Source of the DNA: Macrostomum lignano
Taxonomy: Eukaryota
Length of the DNA stretch: 64,000 nucleotides
Assembly: GCA_002269645.1 (NCBI GenBank)
Contig: NIVC01001046.1
Location: forward strand, 310,001-374,000
Direction of reading: 5' to 3'
Shown here: piece after piece, positions 1 to 10,150 of the stretch
Numbering within the stretch: the first letter of the stretch is position 1
Layout: each line of letters opens with the position of its first letter
Translations under genes and position numbers: made by a program
The notes under the pieces: model-generated
What the model was told of the DNA's origin: nothing
Database searches by the model: none
What the model saw: the letters and a program-made list of their open reading frames with translations, nothing else

Positions 1-1031
1 TCCTTCCTGACCGTCCCTCCTAACTGTCCTTCATGAAGTCCTAATGACCTCCTTCATGACCGTCACTCATGACCTCTTTCATGACCGTCCCTCCTGACCG
101 TCCCTCTTGACCGTCCCTCATGACCGACCCTCATGACCGTCCCTCATGACCTCATGACCTCCCTCCTGACCGTCCTTCATGATCGTCCCTCCTGACCGTC
201 CCTCATGACCGTCCCTCATGACCGTCCCTCCTGACCGTCCCTCATGACTGTCTCTCATGAACGTCCCTCATGACCGTCCCTCATGACCGTCTCTCATGAC
301 CGTCCTTCCTGACCGTCCCTCCTAACTGTCCTTCATGAAGTCCTAATGACCTCCTTCATGACCGTCACTCATGACCTCTTTCATGACCGTCCCTCCTGAC
401 CGTCCCTCTTGACCGTCCCTCATGACCGACCCTCATGACCGTCCCTCATGACCTCATGACCTCCCTCCTGACCGTCCTTCATGATCGTCCCTCCTGACCG
501 TCCCTCATGACCGTCCCTCATGACTGTCCCTCCTGACCGTCCCTCATGACCGTCCCTCCTGACCGTCCCTCATGACCGTCCCTCATGACCGTCTCTCATG
601 ACCGTCCTTCCTGACCGTCCCTCCTAACTGTCCTTCATGAAGTCCTAATGACCTCCTTCATGACCGTCACTCATGACCTCTTTCATGACCGTCCCTCCTG
701 ACCGTCCCTCTTGACCGTCCCTCATGACCGACCCTCATGACCGTCCCTCATGACCTCATGACCTCCCTCCTGACCGTCCTTCATGATCGTCCCTCCTGAC
801 CGTCCCTCATGACCGTCCCTCATGACCGTCCCTCCTGACCGTCCCTCATGACTGTCTCTCATGAACGTCCCTCATGACCTCCCTCATGACCGTTCCTCAT
901 GACCTCCTTTATGACCTCCCTCATGACCTCCCTTATGACCTCCCTTATGACCGTCCCTCAAGACCGTCCCTCATGACCGTCCCTCATGACCGTCCCTCAT
1001 GACCGTCCCTCATGACCGTCCCTCATGACCT
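1..1031. repeat. 13-bp minisatellite (CATGACCGTCCCT)n with a ~302-bp higher-order period
   Basis: The unit recurs throughout. The variant block TCCTTCCTGACCGTCCCTCCTAACTGTCCTTCATGAAGTCC recurs at about 1, 303 and 605. The array runs off the left edge. Confidence 0.95.
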
Positions 1032-1048
1032 CCATTGCAATCTTCTCT

Positions 1049-2330
1049 TCAAACTTCCACGCCGCCCTGGCCGCCATCCGCGGCTTCAATCCGCTGCCTG
1101 CTGCTGCCTCCCCGAAGCGACGATGCCGCCTGCCCGACGTTGGTCGCCTGCTGGCCGCCGCCACCGCCGCCGCCGCAACAGCCGCCGAAACGGCACAGCG
1201 GCACTTGCATGAGAATGTCTACAGGGCCTCGAGAGAGCAGGCAAGCGATGGCCAGGTAGATGGACTGCATAGCCTGCAGCATGTGGAACAGGTACCACAG
1301 GCAGAGTGCCTCGCAGTTGGGGTGCAGCGCCAGCGCCACCAAGCCACAGGGCCAAACAGCCGCCTGACTGACCGCCAACCGGCAGAGCAGCTGCACCGCG
1401 TTAGCGGCCGATTCAGCGCCTGCGGCGGCCGCGGCGGCTGCGGCGCTACGCGCGGTGGCGCTGACAACCCCGGCGCGTCCAGCCGTCGCTGCTGCCGCCG
1501 CCGCTGAGGCCGCCGCCGCCTCCTCAGAAGCAGCTTGCGCTTCCGGAAGCAGATCGTCTCGCAATAGCAGCAACGGCGGAAGCAGCAGCCAGTAGATGAA
1601 GGTGGCTGGACCGGCTAAAAGCAGGGCGTAGCCAACTGCGGCCGGGTGATCGGAGCCGCTGCCGCCGCTGCAGTTGCGGAAGAGAAGAGCGGTGCTGACC
1701 CGGGTGTAGCCAGTGTCCAGCGACTCTGTGAATGGCGATTGTTGCGTTTTATGAGCCGTCTCAAGGTTCAGAGGGTGGGGTTGTGTGTTTGCTGGGTTCA
1801 GAGATAGGTCAAAGCTATCATTGCTGACCGGAGATCCAGCGACCTGTCGCTCCCAGCGCCACCGGCACTCCGGCGAAGATGCCGCAGGTGGCGAGACCCG
1901 CAGCCAGTCGGCGACGCCAGCCGCTCGAGTCCATCACTATCAGAGCGGCCGTCGAGGAAGGCGGCGGCGGGCGCCGGACCAGTCGACTTCGGACCCGCCG
2001 GCGGCGCCGATGCCCGATCCGGCGCCACAGGCTGGCGGCGCCCATGGCAACCAGACCGGCGCACAGTAGGTGACAGAAATGCCCGACGGAGTTGCCGACA
2101 GCCAGGAGAACCGGCGAACTGGCGATGCCGGCAATCAGATTGGCGGCTCCGCCGGCTGCGTGAGAAACCAGTGCGGAAACCTGCGCCCAGCCGTACAGTC
2201 TGCGCAGTTCGGGCAGGTAAGCCAGCGGCGCCAGGTGCAGCGCCATCGCCGCTTGGCCAACTGCCAGACACGTGAGCGGCAGCTGCATGTAGAAGCTTCT
2301 ATCTGCTATCAGCATCCTTTGGTAGCCAAC
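1049..2330 (-). CDS. Adhesion/secretin-class (class B2-like) GPCR, 7TM region TM2-TM7 and C-tail; 5' exons not identified
   Basis: Two exons: ~2330..1829 (donor G|gtcagc) and 1725..1049 (acceptor cag|AG TCG). They join in frame (WIS-E-SLDTGY) and end at TGA 1049-1051. TM2-like FYMQLPLTCLAVGQ, TM3-like GHFCHLLCAGLVAMGAASLWRRI (cf. HYFFLxxFxWMxxEGxxLY) and TM7-like YLFHMLQAMQSIYLAIACLL (cf. YLFxILNSLQGFFI). The 5' boundary of the upstream exon is approximate. Confidence 0.7.
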
Positions 2331-2469
2331 CATCCCTATTTTATTTGAATTCTCAATCTCCCAACACTGAGCCAATAGTGTCTCGTAAATCTCCGGAGCA
2401 ATGAAAGCAGCTCCTAGCTGGATTGTGTGGGACTCTACTACCCTACACACTGTTCTACTTCCACTGCGC

Positions 2470-2780
2470 ACTCCACCCCATTCTGTGTCACCCCTCCCCA
2501 TTCAGCACCCACCAACCCATTCTGTGCCACCCCTCCCCACTCAGCACCCACCACCTCATTCTGTGCTACCCCTCTCCACTCAGCACCCACCACCCCATTC
2601 TGTGCTACCCCTGTCCACTCAGCACCCACCACCCCATTCTGTGCTACCCCTCTCCACTCAGCACCCACCACCTCATTATGCGCTACCACTCCTCATTCAG
2701 TACCCACCACCCCATTCTGTGCTACCCCTCCCCACTCAGCACCCACCACCCCATTCTATGCTATCCCTCCCACTCAGCAC
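2470..2780. repeat. 39-bp minisatellite (CCACTCAGCACCCACCACCCCATTCTGTGCTACCCCTCT)
   Basis: About 8 tandem copies. They explain the repetitive ORFs at 2401-2816. Confidence 0.9.
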
Positions 2781-3304
2781 ACAAGCTGGAAGAACTATTT
2801 AATTAGCAGACTATGATACCCTATAAGCCAAACCTACGCTCGTAGACTCTAGCGGCAAAAAAATCTTGCAATTTTCCTAAACCTTTAGCGAGTACAGTAC
2901 AGTGCAGAGTTTAAAAAGTTTCACCCAACCCAAGTAGAAGTTCCAGCTTCTTGAGCCGTTCTAAGAAAGTTCCCTGATTAGTCACGCACTGAGGGAAAAT
3001 ATTCGAAACGATAATTGCCGGATGAAGCATGAATTCAGCCTGAGAAGAGACAAAATTATTCAGCCGAAGAGCAGACAGAACTTTTTTATAACGGATTTCG
3101 AATTCTTGTCGTTTTGAAGATAGAAAAAATTCTTGTTAGGAAAGACTGAGAAGAAAATGATTTATATAAATTAGTAATAATAGCATTTTTAATTTCAAAG
3201 TCCCTTTGAGGAACCTCCGCAACTGTGGGATTACTTCAGAATAATCCCCGTATTCGCTAATTTTTTTCATTAACAACTTTAAGAAGCTTCATAGAATTCA
3301 CTTC

Positions 3305-3512
3305 ATCACGGGGCCACAGCAGTCAACGCGCCTGACTCGGGTAGCCCGGGGTTCGATGTCGTGCGCGGCCATATTCGGAGCATGCAATTTGGGGCTTGCG
3401 AACGAAAATTTACACATAGCTGAGGCTTGTGAGGTGAGGGCCAACCCCTTAGGCACAGAGAGTGTGCATGTCTGACGATTAGAAAGTCGGGGCCGTGGTA
3501 CAACCAAGGAAA
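3305..3512 (+). mobile_element. Diverged, 3'-truncated tRNA-derived SINE, related to the copies at 25.4-26.2 kb and 57 kb
   Basis: B-box-like GGTTCGATGTC near 3350. The body GCCAACCCCTTAGGCACAGAGAGTGTGCATGTCTGACGA...AAAGTCGGGGCCG aligns by eye with GCCAACCCCCCAAGGCACAAAGTGTACATGCCTAGCGA...AAAGTTAGGGCCG of the other copies. Confidence 0.55.
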
Positions 3513-3893
3513 CTCAAGTAGAAAACTTTCATATACAAAAAGCTATAGGGTTCTATTCTAATTATATATGCTACGTACAGGTCCTGTGCCTAAAAATCAT
3601 TTTAAAAGTGGCACGACTTGACTCATTGGTTTTATGAATCTACTTTTATCATTCTGTTACACAGAATTATCAAGCTAAGAATGATTGTTACTATAATATT
3701 ACTTCCAGTAGCAAGACTGGCTTTGTTGAAAAATCGTATGTTTTTTATTTATTTAACCGCATGTAATACTCTGATTTTTAATAAATGAATAATTAAGTAA
3801 ATATACGCCATTTAATTCGTATTCTATGTTTAAAACGTCCTCAGCAGCACTCAATGGTTCTCGGCTCTCGGGATGCAGCCTCGTTCATTGAAA

Positions 3894-3984
3894 CCATAGA
3901 CTATGTGAATTTTTAACCTACAGATATGACGGTTCACACTAAATTCCTAGGCTCCTTCTTTTCTAGTGAAACGATAGTCTATGG
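3894..3984. mobile_element. 91-bp miniature inverted-repeat element, CCATAGACTAT...ATAGTCTATGG
   Basis: Perfect 11-bp terminal inverted repeat at 3894-3904 and 3974-3984, directly downstream of the Crypton recombinase ORF. Confidence 0.55.
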
Positions 3985-4134
3985 CCAAACCTCACTAAAA
4001 AACGAAGCCTGAGAACTCAAAACGAGGTCTAAGAACAAGACCTGAGAACATTTTAGAACGACTATAATTTGTCAGTTAGTCTATTAGAAGTATAAACTAT
4101 CAACAGCAGTAACGACCGATTCATTCTTGCCGAT

Positions 4135-5404
4135 TCACTCGAACATGATTTCTACGGTGTTGGTGTCACCGTGGACAGTCATGCGCATCTTCTTGGTAGT
4201 ACCCTCAGACACGACATCTTGCTCATTGGTCCGCCCGTTGGACTCCACGGCTCCTCCGGCGTGTAGAGCGTAGGTCATACGCGAATGATCCTGGACGTCT
4301 AGCCGTATGTACCTCTCTATTGCGTTGGACGAATGTCCAGTGACGCGGGCTATATCGTCCCTAGCCAGTCCAGCCCGATGCAACGTGCTGGCACAAGTCT
4401 TCCTTAGAGACTGGTTTGAGAATTTACCATCCGTAGACACGGGCTTGGTGATATTCGCCACAATGGAGTCGAGAGTATGCCGGCCGATAGGTCCATTCTG
4501 GTACCATCTGCCGCTGTTAATGGCAGACTCACTTCGAAACCAAGTCAGAAAGAGGTTCTCGTGCTTACATTGCTCCGGTCGTTAGCCGTCGTAGATTTTA
4601 TAGATGCACGGAAGGCAGCGCTCATGATCTGGGGTGTGCGAAGCCATGACAACCTTCACAGGACGATTCTTGCTTCTGATCCCAGCGTTGTTGATTTTCG
4701 TGCTCCGCTCCTCTCTGTAGACCAACATTTCCTGGCCATCGTGTAGTTCCAAGCAAATCTCTTTGCTCTCTCTTTAGACTGTGCAGCTCTGTACCACCAC
4801 GTATGGCGAAGTTTTTTCTGATATAGAACACGAGCGTATACACCAGAGTCTTGGGATCGCCTGTACCAAGGAGTTTCTTATCCCATAGATCTTTTTCCAT
4901 GTCGAACGGAATCGGGTCAGAAGCAAACTTTCCAGCAACGTTGCCCTCCTTGGTCGTCTCCTTCATCGCAGCATCAAGCGCTCTTCGAGCACCCAGAAAA
5001 TCGTCATCTTTTCATAGATTCCAGTTAGTGCCAAGTCCAAAATGTACGTGTCGCTGCAAAATGTTAAACATATCTCTCAGACTGCTCGAGTTATACTTGG
5101 TACTGTGTAACCTCGAACAGGAAGGTCTTTAGTACGAGCTAGATAGTTCCAATCCGATTTTCCCCATTCGGAACGCTCCTTAAACACAAAAAAGCAGGCG
5201 TCTCCATGAAGCAGTTTGGTTTGCCTCTCCTGAAACCAGTCGTCAAATTGCTTTAGTGCCCATCGTTCCTTCCGGCGTGTCGATTCCGGCACAGCAGCGT
5301 CAATCCTTTCAGCGTTATCGGACAGTAAAGCAAATCTAGAAGCCTCGTTTTCTCTCAATTCAGTCATTCAACCAGTCGAAAGCGAGTTCCAAGTCGTGTT
5401 CCAT
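4135..5404 (-). pseudogene. Decayed Crypton-type tyrosine recombinase (DUF3504-like) of a DNA transposon
   Basis: Stitched translation reads SRFALLS...VPESTRRKERWALKQFDDW, KYNSSSLRDMFNILQRH, RALDAAMKETTKEG, LGTGDPKTLVYTLVFYIRKNFAIRGGTELHSL, WYQNGPIGRHTL, KFSNQSLRKTCASTLHRAGLARDDIARVTGHSSNAIERY. This carries the YR catalytic R, H-x-x-R position (here Q-S-L-R), H and Y. It is interrupted by in-frame stops (TGA 5012-5014, TAA 4582-4584) and at least two frameshifts. Confidence 0.85.
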
Positions 5405-5486
5405 GATTCTCAGTTCTCTCTGATTTTCTCTAGCTGCCCAAACCTTTCCTTTCTCGCTTTTAATTTAAGCATCGAATCTTTTACTT

Positions 5487-5825
5487 TAATTTTTGTGTCT
5501 ATGGTTAAATGTGGGGGGCTGCGCCCCCCACACCCCCGCTTTTGACGAATACCTCACTCGCACTCCCAGTCGCTTCCAATATCTGTAGATTAAGTACGAT
5601 CTTCGTCTGTTCTTTTGGTGTCTATGGCAGAAAGACCTCGGACGCAATTCTCGGCCTTTCTCTGCCATAGGAACCAAAAGAACAGACAAAGATTATATAC
5701 AACAGCGTTTATCATACATGAAATACGATTGCTTATTTACATGAAACTCCCTCGTCAGCAGTGTCCCCGTTGGGAATTGGGGGTGTAGGCGCGAAGACGC
5801 ACATTCCGACCATAGACAAAAATAT
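5487..5825. other. Nested inverted repeats at the 5' end of the Crypton element
   Basis: Inner arms CTTCGTCTGTTCTTTTGGTGTCTATGGCAGAAAG (~5601-5634) and CTTTCTCTGCCATAGGAACCAAAAGAACAGACAAAG (~5656-5691). Outer arms ~5490-5540 and ~5778-5824 (GGGGGTGT...CACATT..ACCATAGAC..AAAAAT). Confidence 0.7.
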
Positions 5826-6789
5826 TCATCAAGAAAACTTTACAGTAACAGTCACAAAGGTCCGAGAAACGCAGGCACACGAAAGTCAAGAACACACGGC
5901 CTGAATCTTGTTGCGCCACCTTCTCAAACAAGAAGAAAGTCGTCAGTCGTCCAAGATCGTCGAGATTTTCAACGATTCTGCCAGAAGGTCGGATTTGTGC
6001 GCCAATCAGCATTGCGCCTAGGTGCAGCCTTGCCAAGCCCCCAAATTTCATCAGCACGTCGTACTCTGCAGTAACGGCCCCTCTCCTCCTACATAAAATC
6101 CCCCTTGGTAGTTCGACGGGCGAAAAAATGGCTTGGTATTCCTACTGTTCAGTCATACTCCCACAGACTACTGTACAGTATAAGATCCAAATATTAATTA
6201 ATTTAAAACGACTTCTGTTTATCGAATTGTGATTACTTCAAGTAAAGTATCGCTTTTTTATTGGCCATGTGTAATGCCAGAATTTTTTTATAAGTTTTTA
6301 TTATAATTACAGATAAAGATCAGCCGACCAGCGAACTGACTGATTAAGTTCTCAATCAGCAATTATTAATCAAAATACGATAATTTTACAGAGCAGACAA
6401 TTTTTGCTTCTCGCGAATAAAAATACATTCAGCCTAAATAGTGTGAAAATCCTTTTTGCTATGAAAAATGCACCACATACTACTTTAAGACGTTTGATCA
6501 TTAATCTTAAGGATGAGTGAATTACTTATAAATACTAATTTTAGCTGAGTAGTACAACGCTTGCTGAGAAATTTTTATCGGATCAAGGTTGGTCACGTGA
6601 TATAGCAGACAGGGACCTCTAGATTATCTGGAGTGGAAGCTGCAGACTCTTAAGCAATGTAAAAAATCTTTCTAGCGAATTGAAACTTCGGCCTGGCTTC
6701 TAGTCCAAGTTTCTAGAGATCCCTGCTAGTCGGCTTTCATATAGTATTTCACATTTAGTCCCCGCGGAATCCGGCCTACGGGTGGAGAG

Positions 6790-7350
6790 TCATCGGATGG
6801 TGGCCAGAGTGGCGATGGCCAGCAGGATGCCGACCCCGTGGAAGGCGAGCGCCACGCTGCAGGTGACCAGCTCAGCCGTGAGGGTGTAGCTCTGCCACAG
6901 GATCAGGTAGATTGAGCCGATAATTGGCGGCACCGCGAAGCCGATTCCCAGCGCCAGGGACACCCGATTCTCGGCCAGATTGCCGTGCATTGACAGGCCG
7001 ATTCGGGCCAAGTCGAGGCCGCAGATGACGAACACGAGGATCACCTCGGACGCCAGGATGCCGTTGGCGAATGGCAGATTCTCTCCTTTCCAGGCGAAAA
7101 TGAGTATCTGGAAGAGGCAGAACAGGCCGACATAGTACTTGTTTAGGTACAGAATGGCTTGGAAGATCATTAACGAGCGGACATCGCTGTTGGCCCGTTG
7201 CGCCGTAGCTGGCGCCGGTGAAGTCCCGGATGGCCCGGTCCCAGACCCTGCTGCCGCCCCCGCCGCCGCAGCGGGTGCCGCTGTGTCGGCCGGGGCTGCC
7301 ACTGCAGCCGCCGCATCGCCGGTGAGTGGAGCCTGCTCCTCGCCGCTCAT
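6790..7350 (-). CDS. TMEM216: TMEM216/TMEM80-like ciliary transition-zone membrane protein (Transmemb_17 family), single coding exon
   Basis: ATG to TGA, 186 aa, four hydrophobic segments. Motifs ILYLNKYY, AWKGENLPF, DLARIGLSMHGNLAE and YLILWQSYTLTAE match recalled TMEM216 (LFFLNGWY, LYKGVLLPY, IRLFFGTKGNL, YYLLLQTYVLRLE). Ala/Gly-rich N-terminal extension. Confidence 0.8.
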   Translation of the reverse strand: MSGEEQAPLTGDAAAAVAAPADTAAPAAAAGAAAGSGTGPSGTSPAPATAQRANSDVRSLMIFQAILYLNKYYVGLFCLFQILIFAWKGENLPFANGILASEVILVFVICGLDLARIGLSMHGNLAENRVSLALGIGFAVPPIIGSIYLILWQSYTLTAELVTCSVALAFHGVGILLAIATLATIR

Positions 7351-9049
7351 GACAATTCTTTCACTGCTGCAGTGGACTGGAATTCAAAAATGAAATACAT
7401 AAAGTTTACTTTTCTTATGACTCTGGCTGCACCAAAAATTAAATTACTCAAAAATCTCCAATCCGCACTTTGTTTAGCAATTCGAGTTACATATAAATCT
7501 CAGTAGAGCTTATACATTTGAAAATAGAACAAAACTTAAAGAGCTTTATCTTGTACTAATCTCTACACTACAGAATTACTGTGCTGCTTTTTTCATTAGA
7601 AGCATTGCAATATTTTAAAAACCTATACATACTAATACCATCCCTTTTAATTTTGGCTTTTGTAGTAAAACCAGCAATATACTATTTTTCGAATTTAGTA
7701 CGCATTTTTATGGTATAAAAATTACTGTGAGAATTCAATCAATAATAGATGAAATTTTCTGTTTTGAGTGCTTAGATTAGCGCTAGATAAATATGTGTTC
7801 ATAAAGTATATTTAGAAATCAGAACATCTGTCTAAATTTGCATGTAAAAATAGAATGAAGTATGCAGCTGGCTGTATTATAAAAATAATAACCCAATAAA
7901 TTCCTCGAAGAACCTATGAATTTTTCTTCTTAAATCCTGAATCAAACAAATATTGCCTAACTGTGTAAATATTTTAAGCTGTGTTACGGTTGAACAGAAA
8001 ACAAAAAATTGTTGAATTTACTAAAATTATAGAATGACTAAAACTAATGAAAATAAAGAATTTCTTCAAGTTGATTTAACTTTTATTTGCATAACAACTA
8101 AAACTTGCGAAAGTATTGCTTAAAAATGTGTCAAGCTTGTTAAACAATATTATAATTTTTAAAAAGTTGTTATAACGCTTAATTCCGTAGTAACACGACA
8201 CCCACAAATCGGAACAAAGGAGTTTCAATTCACATGTTTTAAATTTATTTTTTTGTACGGTGCGGGTTAGATAACTAGGTACGTACAATATATCATTATA
8301 AATCTCATAATATCTTTTGTTGAGAGATTTTACAGCTGCTAGGTCAATATTATTCGCTGAACCTTTTGTTCGCGAATTGGAGCTGAAGTAATGGTTGTAT
8401 AGCTAAATTTGAAAATATGAGAATATTTCTTCAGATATTTTTGTGACACTATACTAGGTAATATTATATATAATTAGTTTGTCTGGTGAATTAAAAAAAC
8501 TCTTCTGAAAATTTTACTGCAAGATTTAGTTAAAAGAATGGTATCATATCACATGTTGATATAGACAATTGATGGATAAAAAAAGTATTTTTTTTAAATG
8601 TATTATTAATATTACATTTAAAGCTTAAATTTTTTTCCACAAAGAGCTATGTTAGCCCCCAAAACTCATTCCACCACTACTATTGAATAGTATAAAAAGT
8701 TTTATATTTCTCTAATAGCTGTCAAATTTCCCAGAATCTGTTTCACTTGCTAGTTTAAATTTTATTTTGTATTTTAATGTAATATATTATACATCTTAAT
8801 AATACATGAAATATGGGTTGCAAATAGTATTTATTTATTTACTCTGATGAATTATATTTAATTAGTTGTTTTAGCTTTGCATTCAGATATTTCAATGCAC
8901 CCATATCAATAAATATGCCATTTAAATAGACAAACTTAAGGATTTTCATATTTTTTGTTAATCTATCATTTGATTTAATTTTTAAACTGCCAGTATGCTA
9001 TTTCCTCTATACTCTGAACATGCAGTTACCTATATGTGTTCTATATTGG

Positions 9050-9306
9050 TGTGTTGGATTTGGAGTGCCTGCGTACCGACCCTCTGCTATGTGTAGCGTC
9101 GCCAGTGTACACTTGGCGGTCCCCGTCTCAGAGTGTGTTGGGGTGGGGTTGATGTGCGTGAGGCGTTGATGAGTTAGAGAGTTGGAGAGAGAGAACATCG
9201 ATTTAATTTAATATATATGCAATAATTTAGCCACAGGGCTCATTTACCTGTTTTTTTGTTAAAGTCTAACCCTCAGATTTTATTAGACTTAATTATTTCT
9301 TTAACA
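9050..9306 (+). repeat. 5' LTR
   Basis: TGTGTTGGATTTGG...ATTATTTCTTTAACA, same sequence as 15191-15447. Confidence 0.95.
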
Positions 9307-9318
9307 TGGCGCCCGAAC
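9307..9318 (+). promoter_or_regulatory. Primer-binding site, probably tRNA-Lys(UUU)
   Basis: TGGCGCCCGAAC immediately after the 5' LTR. It equals the first 12 nt of the known tRNA-Lys3 PBS TGGCGCCCGAACAGGGAC. Confidence 0.75.
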
Positions 9319-9388
9319 CAAAATCACAGTAAAATCAAGCAGTGAGCGCAAGAGTGCTACAGTGACTCAGCGATTTTTCAACAACAGC

Positions 9389-10150
9389 ATGGACTCCAGG
9401 AAGAGAGGCGTGTTACGAGCGACGGTCACCAGACTGGCACAGAAAGCCGAAGACCTGCTCAAAACAGATGCTGCTGAAGATGAAATCGACAGCGTTCTAG
9501 AGGCTCTACGGTTCAAGAAGCAGCAGCTCCAAGCAGCAGATGAAGAGCTCGCCGCGGAGGTTGACGAGAAGGACGTGCAGGCTGAAGCAGAGACGACAAT
9601 GGAGTACGACCTGCTGGCTGGCAAATTGATCTCGAACCTCACCAGACGGCTCCAGGAGCTTCAGACCGCGCGGACCGGCACGCCGCAGGCAACAAATCTG
9701 CTGCAGAATACAGCCATACAGACGACGACTTCGTCCAAGTCTTCGGAAGAGAATTCTTCAACGACAAGGACTCAGACTGCCATCAGGTTGCCAAAACTGC
9801 CGCCACCGTCATTCAGTGGCGATCGGACCCAATGGACGGAATTCTGGGACCGCTTCAACTCCAGTATCCATGACAACCCGAGCCTGAGTGTCGTCGACAA
9901 ATTCAGCTACCTGCAGTCGTGTCTGTCTGGGGAAGCCCGAAACTCGATCGCTGGTCTCAACATCACGAAGGACAACTACCATATCGCCATCGACAACCTG
10001 CAACGACGATTTGGATCCCGCAACGGAGCCGTGCGCGAGCACCTGGCAAAGTTCTCGGTGCTGACCTGCTCCAGTTCGTCGGCACAGCACCTGAGGAATT
10101 TCTACGACCAAGTCAATGGAAATGTCCGCAGTCTGACGAATCTCGGGTGA
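9389..10150 (+). CDS. gag: BEL/Pao Gag, N-terminal part (coiled coil and DUF1759-like)
   Basis: IRLPKLPPPSFSGDRTQWTEFWDRFNSSIHDNPSLSVVDKFSYLQSCLSGEA is a typical BEL gag motif. The ORF stops at TGA 10148-10150, where the protein continues in the -1 frame. Confidence 0.85.
   Translation: MDSRKRGVLRATVTRLAQKAEDLLKTDAAEDEIDSVLEALRFKKQQLQAADEELAAEVDEKDVQAEAETTMEYDLLAGKLISNLTRRLQELQTARTGTPQATNLLQNTAIQTTTSSKSSEENSSTTRTQTAIRLPKLPPPSFSGDRTQWTEFWDRFNSSIHDNPSLSVVDKFSYLQSCLSGEARNSIAGLNITKDNYHIAIDNLQRRFGSRNGAVREHLAKFSVLTCSSSSAQHLRNFYDQVNGNVRSLTNLG

Noticed and set aside
2401-2816. Pro/His-rich ORFs in several frames
   Set aside because: They are translations of the 39-bp minisatellite.
5755-6110. Minus-strand open frame (…AEYDVLMKFGGLARLHLG…), possibly an upstream exon of the adhesion GPCR
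   Set aside because: It has no recognisable domain and no convincing phase-matched splice sites, so it is left unassigned.
9919-10146. N-terminal extension of the 1639-aa ORF (MSVWGSPK...)
   Set aside because: It is an alternative frame overlapping true gag. BEL-like sequence in this frame begins only at VSVESY (10147).
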